The notes beneath the pieces are model-generated. The model did not search any database. It saw nothing but the letters and a program-made list of their open reading frames with translations, and was not told where the DNA came from. A stretch of 32,000 nucleotides of DNA from Fibrobacter succinogenes subsp. succinogenes S85 (GTDB lineage Bacteria; Fibrobacterota; Fibrobacteria; Fibrobacterales; Fibrobacteraceae). Of this stretch, positions 30,335 to 32,000 are shown one piece after another. Position 1 is the first letter of the stretch. Each line of letters opens with the position of its first letter. Position numbers and translations under genes: made by a program. The DNA lies in contig NC_017448.1 in the NCBI RefSeq assembly GCF_000146505.1, positions 3,690,001 to 3,722,000 of the forward strand. Direction: 5' to 3'.

Positions 30335-32000
30335 ATGGCAGATATCAACGGTATTTTTTCAGCTAAGGCAAAAGCAGCGCTGCAGGCGGCACGTATTGCG
30401 GCCCGCAATTTAGGGAGCGACTGCGTAACGGTAGAACACCTTTTGTTTGGTCTTGTTCGCGAGGATTCTGGTGTTGCCTCGGAAACGCTCAAGGCTTTGA
30501 AGGTCAACCTGACGGAACTCAGTGAGACCATCCAGCGTGCGCTGAGTACGAACGGCGGCCTCATGACGGTCGGTGGCGATTCTCACGGCGGTCTTTTGAC
30601 ATTTACGGGACAGTGCAAGGCGGTGCTTTACAATGCCGCGAAGATTGCCAAGGAAGAAGGCGTCCAGTTCATTGGCCCCGAACACTTGATGCTTGCGATT
30701 TTGCAGCAGACCGATTCTCCGGCGGCAGCAACGCTCTCGACGTACAACGTGACGTTTGAAAACTATCAGGAAATGCTGATGCAAATCAAGCGCCAGGCTG
30801 ACGGACAGCCGATGGATGAAGGTCAGCCCGAAGATGAACCGCGTGAACGTTATACGCAAACTCGTCAGGCGAATCCGCAGTCCCGTTCCAAGACGCCGAT
30901 TCTTGAACATTTCGGTCGTGACCTCACGGCGATGGCTCGCGCAGGCAAGCTCGATCCGATTATCGGCCGTGAAGCAGAAATTGAACGCTTGATCCAGATC
31001 CTTTGCCGTCGCAAAAAGAACAATCCGGCGCTCATTGGCGAACCGGGCGTGGGCAAGACTGCGATTATCGAAGGCCTTGCTCTCAAGATTGTGCAGCGCA
31101 AGATTCCGGACCTCTTGGCGAACAAGCGCGTGGTGACGCTTGACGTTGCCGCCATGGTGGCCGGTACAAAGTATCGTGGCCAGTTCGAAGAACGCGTGAA
31201 GGGCCTCATCATGGAACTCCAGCGCGTGGGCAATTCCGTGATTCTCTTTATCGATGAACTCCACACGATTGTGGGCGCAGGCGGCTCCGAAGGCAGCCTT
31301 GATGCATCAAACATCTTTAAGCCCGCTCTTGCACGTGGCGAACTCCAGTGCATTGGCGCTACGACTTTTGATGAATACCGCAAGTACATCGAGAAGGATC
31401 CGGCTCTTGAACGTCGCTTCCAGACGATTATTGTGAATCCGCCGACGGTCGAAGATTCTATCCAGATTCTCGAAGGTCTCCGCCCGAAGTATGAACAACA
31501 TCACAATGTTCATTACACGCCGGATGCCGTGCGTGCCGCTGTTGAACTTGGTGAACGCTACATCAGCGAACGCTTCTTGCCAGATAAGGCGATTGACGTG
31601 CTTGATGAAGCAGGTGCTCGCGTGCGCCTGAATTCCATCAAGATTCCGCAGGACTTGCAGAACATGGAAGACGAGCTTGGTGTCTGCCTCCAGAAAAAGG
31701 AAGAAGCGGTAGCCAACCAGGATTACACTTCGGCGGCCCAGCTCCGCGCCCGCGAAGAAGAATTGCAGAACAGCATTGCCGAACGCAAAAAGCAGCTGCA
31801 GAGCGAAGAATCCGAAACGCCGGTTGTCGATGACAACGTTATCCGTGACGTCATCAGTAAGATGACGGGAATCCCGGTCCGCAGACTCGGTGGCGAAGAA
31901 GCGCAAAAGCTCATCCACCTCGGCGATGAAATCAAGCAGCGCGTGATTGGCCAGGATCAGGCCGTTGATGCGATTGTGAAGTCTATCCGCCGTAGTCGTG
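30335..32000 (+). CDS. clpC: ATP-dependent Clp protease ATP-binding subunit ClpC-type (AAA+), 5' complete, continues beyond window end
   Basis: Not in the track because it runs off the edge. It begins MADINGIFSAKAKAALQAARIAARNLGSDCVTVEHLLFGLVRED (Clp N-domain repeat). It continues with LDPIIGREAEIERLIQILCRRKKNNPALIGEPGVGKTAI (Walker A), ILFIDELHTIVGAG (Walker B), and a UVR-like linker QDYTSAAQLRAREEEL typical of ClpC rather than ClpB. Confidence 0.88.
   Translation, partial: MADINGIFSAKAKAALQAARIAARNLGSDCVTVEHLLFGLVREDSGVASETLKALKVNLTELSETIQRALSTNGGLMTVGGDSHGGLLTFTGQCKAVLYNAAKIAKEEGVQFIGPEHLMLAILQQTDSPAAATLSTYNVTFENYQEMLMQIKRQADGQPMDEGQPEDEPRERYTQTRQANPQSRSKTPILEHFGRDLTAMARAGKLDPIIGREAEIERLIQILCRRKKNNPALIGEPGVGKTAIIEGLALKIVQRKIPDLLANKRVVTLDVAAMVAGTKYRGQFEERVKGLIMELQRVGNSVILFIDELHTIVGAGGSEGSLDASNIFKPALARGELQCIGATTFDEYRKYIEKDPALERRFQTIIVNPPTVEDSIQILEGLRPKYEQHHNVHYTPDAVRAAVELGERYISERFLPDKAIDVLDEAGARVRLNSIKIPQDLQNMEDELGVCLQKKEEAVANQDYTSAAQLRAREEELQNSIAERKKQLQSEESETPVVDDNVIRDVISKMTGIPVRRLGGEEAQKLIHLGDEIKQRVIGQDQAVDAIVKSIRRSR

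Noticed and set aside
28016-31935. Minus-strand ORFs 28016..28783, 28823..29305, 29313..29630, 29545..30105, 30410..31264, 30865..31389 and 31307..31918.
   Set aside because: They are antisense to the lolE-like, lolD-like and clpC genes, which have Walker and signature motifs. There is no independent support for them.

Overview
Chromosomal segment that looks like a Fibrobacter-type (FCB-group) fibrolytic bacterium. This is an inference from the GH43/CBM enzymes carrying basic T9SS-like C-terminal tails, and I ran no database search.

Layout, left to right:
- (1) A minus-strand operon with hisS tightly coupled to two paralogous SGNH/GDSL-like secreted proteins and an AlgI/PatA-like MBOAT acyltransferase. 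The MBOAT gene runs off the left edge and is absent from the ORF track.
- (2) mdh with clear intrinsic terminators.
- (3) Four tandem minus-strand paralogs carrying five copies of an uncharacterised ~230-aa Cys-containing module. Each protein ends in a T9SS-type sorting domain.
- (4) Three GH43 enzymes (GH43+ricin-like, and two GH43+CBM35/6+CBM6), all with T9SS-like tails. They are followed by a lipoprotein with five FN3-like repeats.
- (5) DUF486/DMT and DUF4416 genes, and a glutaminyl cyclase.
- (6) A RelE/ParE-like toxin with an XRE antitoxin, next to a visibly AT-rich islet of small membrane or lipoprotein ORFs. One ORF pair is linked by an in-register A_AAA_AAG slippery site.
- (7) lysS, a four-helix-bundle (23S-IVS/Avd-type) gene, lolE-like, lolD-like and a 5' partial clpC (runs off the right edge, absent from the track).

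Most unusual observations:
- A family of heptamer-based inverted-repeat elements (GACGAGA...(TCTCGTC)x4 and GACGAAA...(TTTCGTC)x4). They sit exactly at gene boundaries, once carrying the four-helix-bundle gene and once empty, and the two arms co-vary.
- The tandem array of the unknown module.
- Two highly structured intergenic elements.

Many long antisense ORFs in the track are codon-register shadows and are rejected. No rRNA, tRNA or CRISPR array was recognised.
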